Positions 1-12,537 of a stretch of 64,000 bases of DNA are shown here, piece after piece. Source of the DNA: Octopus vulgaris (lineage: Eukaryota); assembly GCA_951406725.2 (NCBI GenBank), contig OX597823.1:28954001-29018000 (forward strand), read 5' to 3'. The position numbers and the translations under genes are program-made. Each line of letters opens with the position of its first letter. Position 1 is the first letter of the stretch. Below the pieces are notes generated by a model. That model did not search any database. It was given only the letters and a program-made list of their open reading frames with translations, and was not told the DNA's origin.

Positions 1-1020
1 GTTGCATCCTAGAAATTATATAAACCAATATAAAAAGCATTCTAATAATTTCCTTAATTTTTTAGTAATTTTCTTTTTTACCGAAATTATTTTTCAGTCG
101 AACGATTCCATCTGCAAATCACACTATTGATTTCTCACATAAGCATAATGTCTCCCGTTTTGCTGGAGAAGGAAACAGCTGATTATATTGATCCCAGTAC
201 TTGAGGCCTACTTCTTGCATCGACTTTGGCAGGGACAACAAGGAATATTAAGCCCCCAGCAGGATTTGAACTTAAAATGCAATGGGACGTAAGGAAATAC
301 GACATATTTAAAAAAATTTTTTTCTTTTGTTTTCTGCTGAGAATAAATATGCGCAAGTGTTGAAAATATATTTTCTTGGTATCCACCATTCCATATGAAT
401 ATATATGTTCATATGTGTGCACGTAAATATATACATTCTACATGTGTGTGTGTGTGTGTGTGTGCGTGTGTGTGCGTGTGTGTTTCTTGGCATTTCTCCC
501 TCACTACCACTTCCAGCACCACCACCACCACTTCAGAACTGGTTGGTTTGTTTACGTCATCATTGCAGCGGTTTCGCAAAAAGATAGAGTAATTCTTTAA
601 TTACCACACTTGAAATAAAGTCCTGGAGTTGATTTGGACACTACAGACCGTTGCACACAACACAGACACTCACACACACACACACACACATACACACACA
701 CACACACACAAATACATTTGAGTCGTTTGTAGTCCAAAAAAAGACAATTTTATAATTCCTTGCTGACCAGCCTGTACTAAAGATTTGTTTATAGTGATCA
801 AATGTTTGAGCGGTACATTAGCTCACTTCCTCCATCAAATTGACTTTACCGGAACAAATGCACGGTGTACTGCGCGTCAGAAGTCGAAGTGGCTGCAGAG
901 CAACGTGTGATGTTCCAGTATTTAAACCATGATCTCCTGATTGTGAATGCAACAACCTAACCACAATTCAACGCTCTTGGCACGCAGTATATGTATTGTT
1001 TAACACTTTGACTCAGCTCC

Positions 1021-2160
1021 ATGCGACTTTCGTATGTTCGTTGGACGACAAACCTATATCGTCAGGTATACAAAGGAGAGTAAAGTGACTCGAAACATTC
1101 AAGAGGGTTTCCTGATGATAAGTCTCTTATTGGACAACTCAGATTATATGGCGACACCAGTTCTCTTCGTCCTTTCTGAGGTCCACCTGCTCGAAGATGA
1201 TGATAGTATGTAGCCGTCCCCGCTATGTCTGTTAGCCGTGTTATGGCGTATTTAGCGACATCAATTCATTGCATTTCATACTATATAGGATGGGGGTCGT
1301 GGCGGATTAGTTTGCTTGGTGGACGATAAATAGAAAATATTATATAATGTAATGGTATTAGCCTTTGCATGGGTGTTTTTGGATTAAAATTTGTCGGTGA
1401 TATGGTAAAAATTCAGGCTTGGTGGTCAACATTGGCAGGGCTGTAGTCTATACAGGTGGCAGGGTTTAAGTGCCTTGCTCTTGTGTATGGAGCAGCTAGG
1501 TCTAATATGACTTTAAGTTCATTAACCAGGCGTATCACTGGTGGTAACAATAAGATAGTTCAAGTGGAATATGTATAGTCTGTCGGGAAGACAAAGTTGG
1601 CAGCGGCGAGCTCAAAATGAATAAAAGGTGGTTGTCAATGATATTCCATTTGATGTTGGGGAAGTCGCCTCGATGGTCGCGAGGTTTCCAGATGCAACGG
1701 AAAAGGTAGACGGAGTTTATACTCTCCTTTCACCTTAAGGAGTACATATGGCTATCATACTTGTGCAGCGTCTTGTAACGCCATCGCTGGTGCGAGGGTG
1801 ACTCTGTAGACTGCAACACAGCGAGGCAGTGCCCTCTCAATAAATAGTTGGTAGGATTTCGGAAGTTACAAGTTGAGGTTGGATTGGAGATTGTGTAGGT
1901 GTGTGTTTGCGTCAATTGTAGAATACTAGAAATGTTGTTGTCTAGGCAGGAATAACTGCCCTTAACATTCTGGGAGTTCAATAGTTTATAATATGAACTG
2001 CTTCTAACCCTAGCTATGCTGGTTGAAAATCCTAGTTTAAATATAGAATTGAACCAGATAATCTATTCCTTTCTGGCTCTCTTTGATTTATAACACTTTC
2101 TTATTATACTTAATCTATATACACAGTTGACTGGCAAGTTATTGCGACTTTCGCCCGAGA
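1021..2160 (-). mobile_element. Highly decayed Penelope-like element remnant
   Basis: Minus strand has traces of PLE RT N-terminal motifs (KQTNPPRP near 1295-1320, PCKG near 1360-1375). A decayed hammerhead-like motif lies at 1021-1070 and its GAAAGTCGCA end recurs near 2144-2153. No intact ORF. Confidence 0.35.
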
Positions 2161-2510
2161 CAGAGTTTTATGAATGTGTTGTACTTGAAAGCAAAATATA
2201 TAGCAACGGAAAATGAAGCATCGTTTCAGCAACGGATAGTGAGAACGCCAGAGACGTTTCCGACACTTCAGCTTTGTCAAAGACGTTTACACGCTCGCAG
2301 CCGCATACCTAGACGAGATTCGTCGTGTCAGATATAGTCACACTGAATAATGTATTCACGATGCAGCAAATAGACGCCAGGCTGAATAAATAATTCAGAG
2401 TATACCTATATAATAATATACAGACACATACTCATATATGTACACACACAAACATATGTTCATATTATTATATATAGTACAGATGCGTATAGACATGCGA
2501 TATATACATC

Positions 2511-2910
2511 GCAGGCGTGGCTCTGTTGTATATAGCTTACTTCACAACCATATGGCTCCGCTTTCAGTCTCACTTCGTGGCACTTTGTACTATTATCTTC
2601 TACTGTAGTCTCCGGCCGACCAAAGCCTTGTGAGTGGAGTTGGTAGACGGAAACTAAAAGAAGCCCGTCGAATTTATATATGTGTGTGTGTGTGTGCGTG
2701 TGTGTTTATCCCACCATCGCCGCTTGACAACCGGTATTGGTGTGCTTGCGTCACCTTAAATAAGCGGTTCGGCAAGAGATGCCGATAGAATAAGTACTAG
2801 GTTTACAAAGAGTAAGTCCTGGGATAGATTTGCTCGACTAAAATCCCTCCAAGGTGGTGCTCCAGCATGGGCACAGTCAAATGGCTGAAAGAAGCAAAAC
2901 AATAAAAGTA
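2511..2910 (+). mobile_element. tRNA-derived SINE family A (internal TA/TG microsatellite)
   Basis: Matches other copies in the window (15080-15512, 41441-41898, 45770-46160): tRNA-like head, body ending GAAGCCCGTCG, internal microsatellite, tail GGTGGTGCTCCAGCATGG...CTGAAA. Confidence 0.85.
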
Positions 2911-3519
2911 AAACAAAATCCACGCACGCTTACACACAAACACTCATACACACATATATACCTATATACATACATGCATACAGACATAAATACACACATA
3001 CACGCATAATATTCACATACACACATACATACAAACATGTATACACACATACATACATGCTTGTATACACATATACGTACATATACACATACATACATAC
3101 ACACATATAGTCATACATACATAAGCACATACACACATACATACACACACATACATACGCACATACACACATACATACATACACACATACACATGTATAC
3201 ATACATACATTCACACATGAATACATGCATACACACATACAAACGTACATACACTCATACAGACTTGTATACATACATACATACATACATACGTACATAC
3301 ATACATACACACATACACACAAACATATACACACACACCCATACATACATGTATATATCTCTCCTTGTTTCTCTCCTTATTTTTTTTTGCGTATCTTTCT
3401 GTGGAAGAGCGTAGGCTCGAAACGTAAAAGACGTTTTCTATTCCTGAGCGCTATACTAATACATTTGTATGTTTGTACACCACCTGCCTTCGTCCTTTGT
3501 TTATTTTCGTAAACTTTCC

Positions 3520-3592
<73 letters not shown>

Positions 3593-3600
3593 GATATATA

Positions 3601-5240
3601 TGTAGATATCAACTTGCAGTCCCTCTGACCAACCTCTGGAGAAATTCGTTAGACGCAGGTTATATACCGAGACAGTTTCTATCCCAGTCGGTCATCCCGG
3701 TTTTCAAACAGGGAAACAGATCCCTCGCAGTCAACTATCGCCCAATCTCACTCACCTCCCACATTATTAAAGTGTTTGAAAGAGTGTTAAGATCAAGGAT
3801 AGCTGACTTCCTGGAGACCCACAAACTCCTAAATTCAAATCAGCATGGTTTTCGCTGTGGCAGGGACTGTCTAACACAGCTCTTACACCACATTGAAGAT
3901 GTACTCAAAGCCTTGGGAACAGGTTTGAACTCTGACGTCATATATCTTGACTTCAGTAAAGCGTTCGACAGGGTAGACCATAACATCCTACTCTCAAAAT
4001 TGGCAAATGTTGGAATCCGTGGAAAATTTCTACACTGGATTAAGTATTTCCTGGCGAATAGAACACAACATGTTGTAGTTGATGGAGTCCACTCAAACCC
4101 AGCAAAAGTCACCAGCGGTGTTCCCCAGGGAACTGTTTTGGGTCCGCTACTCTTCATAATTTACGTAAACGACCTTTCCAGTGTCGTACATCACTGCAAA
4201 GTGAAAATATTCGTTGATGACACTAAGCTCCAGCAAATCGTCAATGAAGAAGCAGACCGAACTCAACTTCAGTCTGATCTATATGCTGTGAGTCAATGGG
4301 CAGACAGAAACAAAATGCAACTGAATGAGGGAAAATTTGAGCTGATGCATTTTGGAAGAAATTCCTCACTAAAACAACCATACTCTCTTCATTCAGGGGA
4401 ACCGCTCATAGCCTCTAACAATATCAGAGACCTGGGTGTAATTGTTGATGACGATCTCAGTTGGAGTGCAGACATCAACAAGAAGGTCGATATAGCTCGT
4501 AGGATGAGTTCCTGGATCTTAAGAACTTTCCGGTCCAGAGAACAAGGTGTCATCATACCACTTTTTTCCTCCTTTGTACGGCCACACTTTGAATACTGCT
4601 GCCCACTGTGGTCCCCTCACACAAGACAAAACATCTCCAGAATTGAGTCACCCCAAAGGGCTCTCACTAAACAAATTGAAGGCATGGCTGCTCTCGATTA
4701 TTGGGATCGCCTTAAAGCCTTGAAACTTTACTCCTCCAGCGTCGCCGTGAGCGGTACATCATTTGTACGATGTGGAAAATATACCGCCAACTTTGCCCAA
4801 ACGACCTAAACATTAGCTTCAAGGTTCATCCAGGACTTGGACCACGGGCTATACGTCCCCTGCCCAATTCAAGATCACAACATACATGTACACTGCAACA
4901 TAATTTCTTTTCCTCAACAGGCCCTGCCCTATTTAACATTGTCCCGAGGAGATCAAAGAGGAAAAGGATCCCATCAACTTTAAACAGAGTCTGGATAGAT
5001 TCCTTCAAAGAATACCAGATAAGCCACCCATAATTAGATACAACTCACCCAACAAGAACTCACTACTTGAACAAAACTAGATACAACTCACCCAACAAGA
5101 ACTCACTACTTGAACAAAACTTGACTTAAACAAAACTTGACTTAAACAGGATTCGAATAATCCTATCAGGTGGTGTTATTAAGTTAGACATGGCCTGGAC
5201 CAATCTTTGGTCGAAACATATCTAAGTTTATCTAAGTTTA
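3601..5240 (+). mobile_element. 5'-truncated CR1-group LINE (RT domain and 3' UTR), subfamily 2
   Basis: ORF 3469..4809 carries NYRPISLTS, QHGFR, YLDFSKAFD, GVPQGTVLGP, FVDD; frameshift near 4735-4770; 3' UTR ends in a duplicated TATCTAAGTT; (TA)n on both sides. Confidence 0.93.
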
Positions 5241-5874
5241 TATATATATATATATATACATATGAAGACACTCGGACATATTTTTTATATAAATGTAAAA
5301 AACACGCTTGCCTATTATTACTTTTTTTTATTCCTAGATTCCTTGCAAATAGTGAAGAATCTGGTCTCTAGCGTAGATCCAAGGCTACTGTCTTGGAATT
5401 TCACCAACATTAACAGAGTAGCTTTTATATATTATCATTCAGTTATATTTCAAGATTTCTTGCCAATAGAGAAAGACCGGTTTCTAACCTAGATGGAAGG
5501 CTCCTTCACTGGAATTTCAACATCAACAACAAAGCATTTTTGTATGTATGTACGTATGTATGTATATATGTATGTATATGTGCATATTTTTATGTATTCT
5601 CATGCATATATTTGCATATCTAGACATGTTCATATATATTTAAATGATAAACTTCTGGAAAGTTTTACAGATTTTTACAGTTCCAGTTTTCTGGTTTTGA
5701 GAAACTAATTTCTCAGATTGGTATTTAGGCATTGTGTTACGTATCCCGGTGCTTCAATAATAGCAGGTATAAACCTTATGTATGTACTATGTATGTATGT
5801 ATATGTATGTATTTATGTACGTATGTATATGTATGTATGTGTGTGTACGTATGTATGTATGTACGTATGTATGT

Positions 5875-5945
5875 ATACTTTGATACTTTGATAGGTTTCG
5901 GCCATTATTGGCCCAGGCCACGTCTAACTTAATAGCACCACCTGG
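5875..5945 (-). mobile_element. 3'-terminal fragment of the CR1-group LINE (subfamily 1)
   Basis: Near-identical reverse complement of 11712-11785 including the AAAGTATC tail repeats. Confidence 0.85.
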
Positions 5946-6179
5946 TATATATGTAGAGCAAGAGTGTATGTGCAGATATGTATGATTCTCTACTCATACA
6001 TATAGTTGAATACCTAGCCATATGCATATACACTTATATGCTACAATTTTAGAAAGCTTTACATAGTTTGACTGTGCCATTTATGACTTATAGCTGTATG
6101 TATGTGTCGATGTATGTCTCTGACGTATGTATGCCTGTATGTACGTACGAATGTTTGAATAAATACACTTATTATCATC

Positions 6180-6790
6180 GGGTCGATCTTTCTCGGAATT
6201 TCATGATCCTGCTCCCCTACACGTCTGTATTTTCCATGGTGTGTGATATTTCCTCTTAATTTTATCCAATGTTGTCTGATAAAAGAGCGATGTATATCTT
6301 CACAGAGCGATCAATACAATATCGACCATAGAGAGGAGTAGAAAGTAGAATGTCATTAACCATCTCCTCCTTGCATATCTAGCGATATCCATTCAATAAA
6401 GCCAACACTTTTCTCTAAATGTGTCTCATACTTTAGGTAGTTTATTATACATTCTGCATTTGCTAGGGTGTACTTTCCAGGACACATTCATAATGGCATG
6501 AAATATAATGCCATTCAACACGGTTTTACATGCTTTGGTTAATGTCCGGGTGAAAGAACCATAATACAGCATAGATTCAATCACAACGCGGAAAAAAAAA
6601 AAGTACTTTTAAGATTTTCTGATTGCCAATGTATTGCTTCGAGGTACGTGAAAGAATATACTGGTTCTGCTGAGCTGCTAGATACTAAGGAGATTGTGTC
6701 TTTCAAGTTGCATCATATTAATTCTGCTTTCATAGCGTTAACACAATATAACATAATGACATAAATTCGTGTCCATGCGGCGTTTCGAGA
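6180..6790 (-). mobile_element. Decayed RTE-like LINE remnant
   Basis: Minus strand near 6555-6595 reads FRVVIESMLYYGS, resembling the RTE post-RT motif (..ES.LLYG.E); many stops. Confidence 0.5.
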
Positions 6791-7231
6791 ATATACTTCA
6801 GGCATGGCTGTGATGGGCGCAAGCACGACTGTGTGGTTAAGAAGATCGCCTTGTAACCACGTGTGTTCGGGTTCAATTCCAATACGTGAAACATTCTGCA
6901 GGCGATACCTATTATACTCTCAAACCAATCGATACCTTGTGAGGGAATTTGTGCAAATTCTCTAACAGCCTAAGGTATATATGTGTGGAGGGGTGGGTAA
7001 GTGGTTTTGCGTTTGTTTCCCCACAACTGCTTCACAGACTAGAATATAGGGACCGAGGTTGAGTTGTGTGCGTGAGTGTATGTGAATTTTCCAACCACAT
7101 AGCTCGAGGTTCAATCCCACTGCATGGCACCTTGGGCAAATGTTTGTTATAGCCTCGGTCCGACCAAAGCCCTGTGCATGGATTTCGTAGATGGAGAAAG
7201 GAAAGAAGTCCTTCGGGTACATATACATAAT

Positions 7232-7319
<88 letters not shown>

Positions 7320-7611
7320 ATATATAGGTAACTTTGACAGGTATATACTTCGAACAAGAACTGGTGTTGCCATCTCTAGTCGAGCAATGATTCGGTGCTG
7401 ATGAAGAGAAATAACCCGGAAACGATTGGTACACAGATATTGCTTGTTCGAAAATATAAAGACGTAGTTAGTGCGTCGATAACCAACTAAAGACGATAAT
7501 TTCTTGGGGCTAAATAACAGTAACATTGGTCCTAATAAGGACTTCCAATTTACGTTGGCAATTAAACTTATATATATATATACACACAGACACAGACACA
7601 CAGAAACACAG

Positions 7612-7644
<33 letters not shown>

Positions 7645-7842
7645 ATGACTGCATGTGTATCGTTGGTTATTTTCTTTCTCCGTCCTGCCTTCTTTGGACT
7701 TCTATATTTCTGATGAAGCGCTCCGTTCAAAACGTGAAATCCTCTCTCTTTTCTTACCTCTCCTGAGCGTCCAGTAACACTCTACTTATTCCACGTCCTT
7801 GCGCTGTTGTTTTGTCTTGCTTGTTCAGGTTTGGATTGTATG

Positions 7843-7916
<74 letters not shown>

Positions 7917-7926
7917 TGCATGTATG

Positions 7927-8013
<87 letters not shown>

Positions 8014-8031
8014 GTATGTATATATATATAT

Positions 8032-8694
8032 GTCCCCACATCACCACCTCAATACTACTGCAGTAACAAAAACTTAAAGAAACATACGAAGCAGAATGCG
8101 CCCCCCACGGCACAAACAAGAAATCCCCAAATATGCCGCTATTCACTGCGCCAGAGACTCTGCACAAATAGTGACTGCATCTTCACGCATCTACCCGGCA
8201 CTAGACGCACTACTGGCCAAGGCCAAAGCACGCATCCCACAATAACATCAACACCACCAAATAGTAAATCGAAATTCAAAACACACACAACTCGGAGTCC
8301 CAAAATCTGCCGGTATTCCCAACGTGAGAGAACATGTCTACTGAGTGACTGTCCCTTCACTCATCTTCCAGGGACCCGACGCACAAACAGAAACGGGGCC
8401 TCAAGCCAACACACAAACCTGAATAACAATAAAAATAGAAACACACCATGCTGCAGTAATGCTGGTCCAGTCTTTTCAGGAAGACACAAAAACAACAACA
8501 ACAAAAGTGGAAACTACAACCCTATCCAACAGTGCAACCACACCTCCAGCCAAAAACTGCTCCCTAAGCAGGAAAATTCTTTTTTAGCCATGTTGAACAT
8601 GGCAAAAGAGATACACAAAAACATTCTAGCTATCACTCAACACCATCCTATGCTATTACCCCAGTGCACCAATTCCCCACATTGCTGCCACTAA
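8032..8694 (+). CDS. LINE ORF1 (5'-truncated) with two CCCH-type zinc-finger repeats
   Basis: Frame of ORF 7807..8694 after the microsatellite: [26 protein letters not shown] and [26 protein letters not shown] (C-x8-C-x4-C-x3-H); stop at 8692-8694. Confidence 0.8.
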   Translation, partial: VPTSPPQYYCSNKNLKKHTKQNAPPTAQTRNPQICRYSLRQRLCTNSDCIFTHLPGTRRTTGQGQSTHPTITSTPPNSKSKFKTHTTRSPKICRYSQRERTCLLSDCPFTHLPGTRRTNRNGASSQHTNLNNNKNRNTPCCSNAGPVFSGRHKNNNNKSGNYNPIQQCNHTSSQKLLPKQENSFLAMLNMAKEIHKNILAITQHHPMLLPQCTNSPHCCH

Positions 8695-11600
8695 CACACA
8701 CAAAAAATCCAAGCCCCCTGCAACAGTCAAAACCAGCCACTACACTAACCTCCACATTCCTACTCAATGCACAAGGTGTCAGCCCTTCCATCAATGCACA
8801 AAAATGGAAGGTACAATTCATTGAAGACTGGGTTGGTAACCATTCACACCACATCCCTTTCTTCATTCTCACTGAGACCCACCTTGACAACTCCCACTTG
8901 GAAGCCGAAGTGAGAGTGAAGAATTTCACAACCATCCGCGCGGATCGTATCGGCAGGAGGAAGGGTGGAACTGCCATTTTCCTGCATGATTCATTTACGG
9001 CAGATGGAAATAGTATATTCTCCAACGGCTACTGTGAATCAGTCACCGTGCACAACAAAGCCAATGATCTGACAGTAATTGGGCTCTATAGGCCGCCCCA
9101 AACACCCATACTGTGCTTTAAAGAATGCCTCAACAGCATTAAGTGCTTTATTCAACAGTGCCATTCTAGCAACATACTCATGATTGGAGACTTCAATCTA
9201 CCCTGTGTTGACTGGACTACAAACTGTTTGAAACCAAGCACTCCCGCCTCAACCGCTGACAAAGAAGCAGCAGAGTCACTTTTCGACTTTACGAATGAGT
9301 TTTTCTTGTCCCAACTTGTCCTTGCACCAACAAGACATCAGAACATTTTGGACCTAGTGTTTAGTAACCACACTAACACTATACATAACGTTACAGTGGA
9401 AAAAACCCTTCTTTCAGACCATGACATGGTTCTCTGTAACATGAAATTCCACCAGCCGAAAGCTAATCCTAGTGACCTTCCTCCAGCCCACCCATTTGAC
9501 AACATGGATCTCCATAAAGCCAACTGGGATGCAATCAGGAACGAGCTATCAAATGTTGACTGGTCCTTTACACATACACACATCTCCACCAACCATAAAA
9601 CATCTTGGCAGATCTTTGTAGACACCGTCACAGACATATGTGCAAAACACTCCCCACCAAACCTGTGAACAAAAAGTGCAGAATCCCCCAAAACAGAAAA
9701 ACCATTATCAGAAAAATAAAAAGAACAAACAAAAAAATTAACAAACTAAAGTACTGCCAACAGCAACACACACATTCGACGGCTATCGCACTGCTTGAAT
9801 CCAAAAAATATAACCTCCAACAATGCATGAAGTCCCTCATCAATAACCAAAGATCAGCTGAGGAGAAGTGGGCCATTGAAAAAATCAAACTCAACCCCAA
9901 AGTGTTCTTTTCATTTGCGAGGAAACGCAGGGTCACTGTCTCCACTGTAGGCCCTCTAATTGACGAAACTGGCACTCTCCAAGATAATGCCAAATCCATG
10001 GCCGAGATACTGCAGAAACAATACTGCTCTGTTTTCAGCAATCCTGATATGGCCGATCTGGGCTGTATCAGTGATGTCAACCCCCAACACACTATATCGG
10101 ACATAACGTTTAGTGCCCCTGATGTCTTAGCGGCGATAAACGAAATAAAACACAATTCAGCAGTAGGCCCCGATAGGTTCCCTGCTTGTGTCCTGAAGGT
10201 GTGTCGACACCAACTTGCATCTCCCCTTGCTAATCTGTGGAGAAACTCACTGGATGCTGGCTATATTCCAAAAAACCTTCTGTCCCAGTCTGTTGTCCCA
10301 GTTTTCAAAAAGGAAACAAGTCCTTTGCAGTGAATTACCGTCCGATCTCACTCACCTCTCATATCATCAAGGTATTTGAGAGGGTGGTGAGATCTCAAAT
10401 AACCCAATTTCTGGAAAGCAACAGACGGCTGATCTCCAACCAACATGGGTTCCGTAATGGAAGGGACTGCCTAACGCAGCTCCTGCATCACTTTGAGGAC
10501 ATTTTGAGAGCTTTGGGAGAGGGCTCCAACACCGATGTCATCTACCTTGATTTCAGTAAGGCCTTCGACAGGGTCGATCACAAGATCCTATTGAAAAAAC
10601 TATCCAACATTGGTGTCTCTGGAAAGTTACTGAAATGGATTAAGTGTTTCCTGACAGACAGATCTCAACATGTTGTAGTTGAAGGGGTAAAATCAAGCCC
10701 AGCCAAAGTCAGTAGTGGCGTTCCGCAAGGCACTGTGCTGGGCCCACTTCTTTTCATCATTTACATTAATGACATTAATGACATCATCAAGCACAGCAAC
10801 ATAAAAATCTTTGCAGATGACTCCAAGCTACAGAAGGTCATAAATGAGGCGAGTAACCGGACATGCCTTCAGTCAGATCTACTGGCTGTTATCCAATGGG
10901 CAGAAAAAAACAATATGCTGCTGAACGAGGATAAATTTGAGCTAATCCACTTTGGAAAAGAGGATGCCCTGAAACTCCCATACTCCCTTCCTTCAGGTGA
11001 AACTCTCGCGGCGTCCAACAACATCAGAGACTTGGGAGTAATTGTGGACAACAACGTAAGCTGGGCCACTCATATAAACACCAAAGTTGACATGGCCCGC
11101 AGAATGTGTTCCTGGATTCTCAGAACTTTCCAGTCGAGAGATATCCACACCATTATCCTTCTCTTCTCCACTTTTGCCCGACCCCACCTTGAATACTGTT
11201 GTCCACTGTGGTCTCCCCACACAATACAAGGTATCAAAAAAGTCGAAGCACCTCAAAGGGCAATCACAAAAAAGATAGATGGCATGACAGGCCTCGACTA
11301 TTGGGGTCGACTAGAAAAGCTAAAACTCTATTCTCTCCAACGTCGTCGTGAGCGCTACATCATCTGCATGATGTGGAAAATATTCCATCAGCATTGCCCA
11401 AATGATGTTGGCATCACCTTTAAGGTACATCCAAGGCTTGGGCCCCGTGCCATCCGCCCAAAACAAAAATCGCACTCTCATCTCATAACAACAATACGGC
11501 ACAATTATTTCACCTCAATTGGCCCCGCTCTCTTTAACATTACACCAAAACACATTAAAACAGAAACTGACCCTATAGGGTTCAAGAAGTCTTTGGACAG

Positions 11601-11697
11601 ATTCCTTCAAGAAATCCCGGATAAACCCCCTACACCCGGATATGTCTCTGTAAACAATAACTCTCTACTTGAGTGGGCCATAGTGCCCAAATTCTGA
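8568..11697 (+). pseudogene. LINE ORF2, apurinic-like endonuclease plus reverse transcriptase, broken by two frameshifts
   Basis: APE motifs (ILTETHL, GLYRPP, IGDFN, LDLVF, SDH) in 8664..9668; linker in 9605..10333; RT (YLDFSKAFD, GVPQG, FADD) in 10237..11697. Frameshifts near 9655 and 10310. Confidence 0.92.
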
Positions 11698-11786
11698 CTT
11701 GAAAGACTTCACCAGGTGGTGCTATTAAGTTAGACATGGCCTGGGCCAATAATGGCCGAAACCTATCAAAGTATCAAAGTATCAAA

Positions 11787-11877
<91 letters not shown>

Positions 11878-11936
11878 CATATATATATGTATATATATAT
11901 GTATGTATGTATGTGTGTGAGTGTGTGTGTGTGTGT

Positions 11937-11994
<58 letters not shown>

Positions 11995-12429
11995 CGATTT
12001 GTTAGTTTTTGTCTATCAAATCCACTCACAAAGCACTGCCCGAACCTATGTTGATGGACACTTGCCGAAAGTGGCATGCAGTGGGACTGAACCCGGATCC
12101 AAACATGGTCGCACACTACAACGATTAAAAAGTAAAAAAGTGGAAACCAAAAGGACAAAAGTATCGATAGGCCTTGTCTAATTTAATAGGACCACCTGAA
12201 CGTGTTTAGTAATTTTAAGTCACGTTTTGTGATATTCCCACCCATTTAAATAGGAAACTATTTTTGATTGAGACGTATACGCGTATATAGACTTAGCTAA
12301 TTTATTTTTAAATTATGCAAATTTCCAAAACCATAAATGTGCAGTTCTATATTTAAGAGATGAGGAATTATGTACATTATTTATATTATTTACATTTGAC
12401 CGATATTTGGCTTCATCTTGTTTGTTGTT

Positions 12430-12475
12430 AACACAACGTTTCGGCTAATGTAACCTCCAGCCTTCATCAGGTGTC
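12430..12475 (-). ncRNA. Minimal type I hammerhead ribozyme (Penelope-associated type)
   Basis: Minus strand GACAC CUGAUGA A GGCUG..UAGCC GAAAC GUU GUGUU: core intact, stems I and II pair, stem III reduced to the palindrome AACGUU. Confidence 0.75.
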
Positions 12476-12537
12476 TTGGGAAAAATTTCGTATCTGGCTT
12501 CACATTCCTAAGGTATTTTTCGATGTTATTATTATTA

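Larger units (their letters stand above)
8032..11790 (+). mobile_element. Near full-length CR1-group LINE (partial ORF1, ORF2 APE-RT, 3' UTR), subfamily 1
   Basis: Non-repetitive block between two long (TA)n tracts; APE and RT motifs; LYSLQRRRERY C-terminal motif; tail of AAAGTATC repeats. Confidence 0.95.

Noticed and set aside
2877-3414. ORFs rich in YI, CV, HT, poly-N, poly-L or poly-S here and throughout the window
   Set aside because: Stop-free translations of microsatellites, not genes.
5461-5520. Hairpin followed by GAAACCGGUC on the minus strand (also near 62710-62735)
   Set aside because: CUGANGA core is absent; at most a fossil.
7807-8031. N-terminal part of the 295-aa ORF
   Set aside because: Runs through (TA)n; only the part after about 8032 belongs to LINE ORF1.
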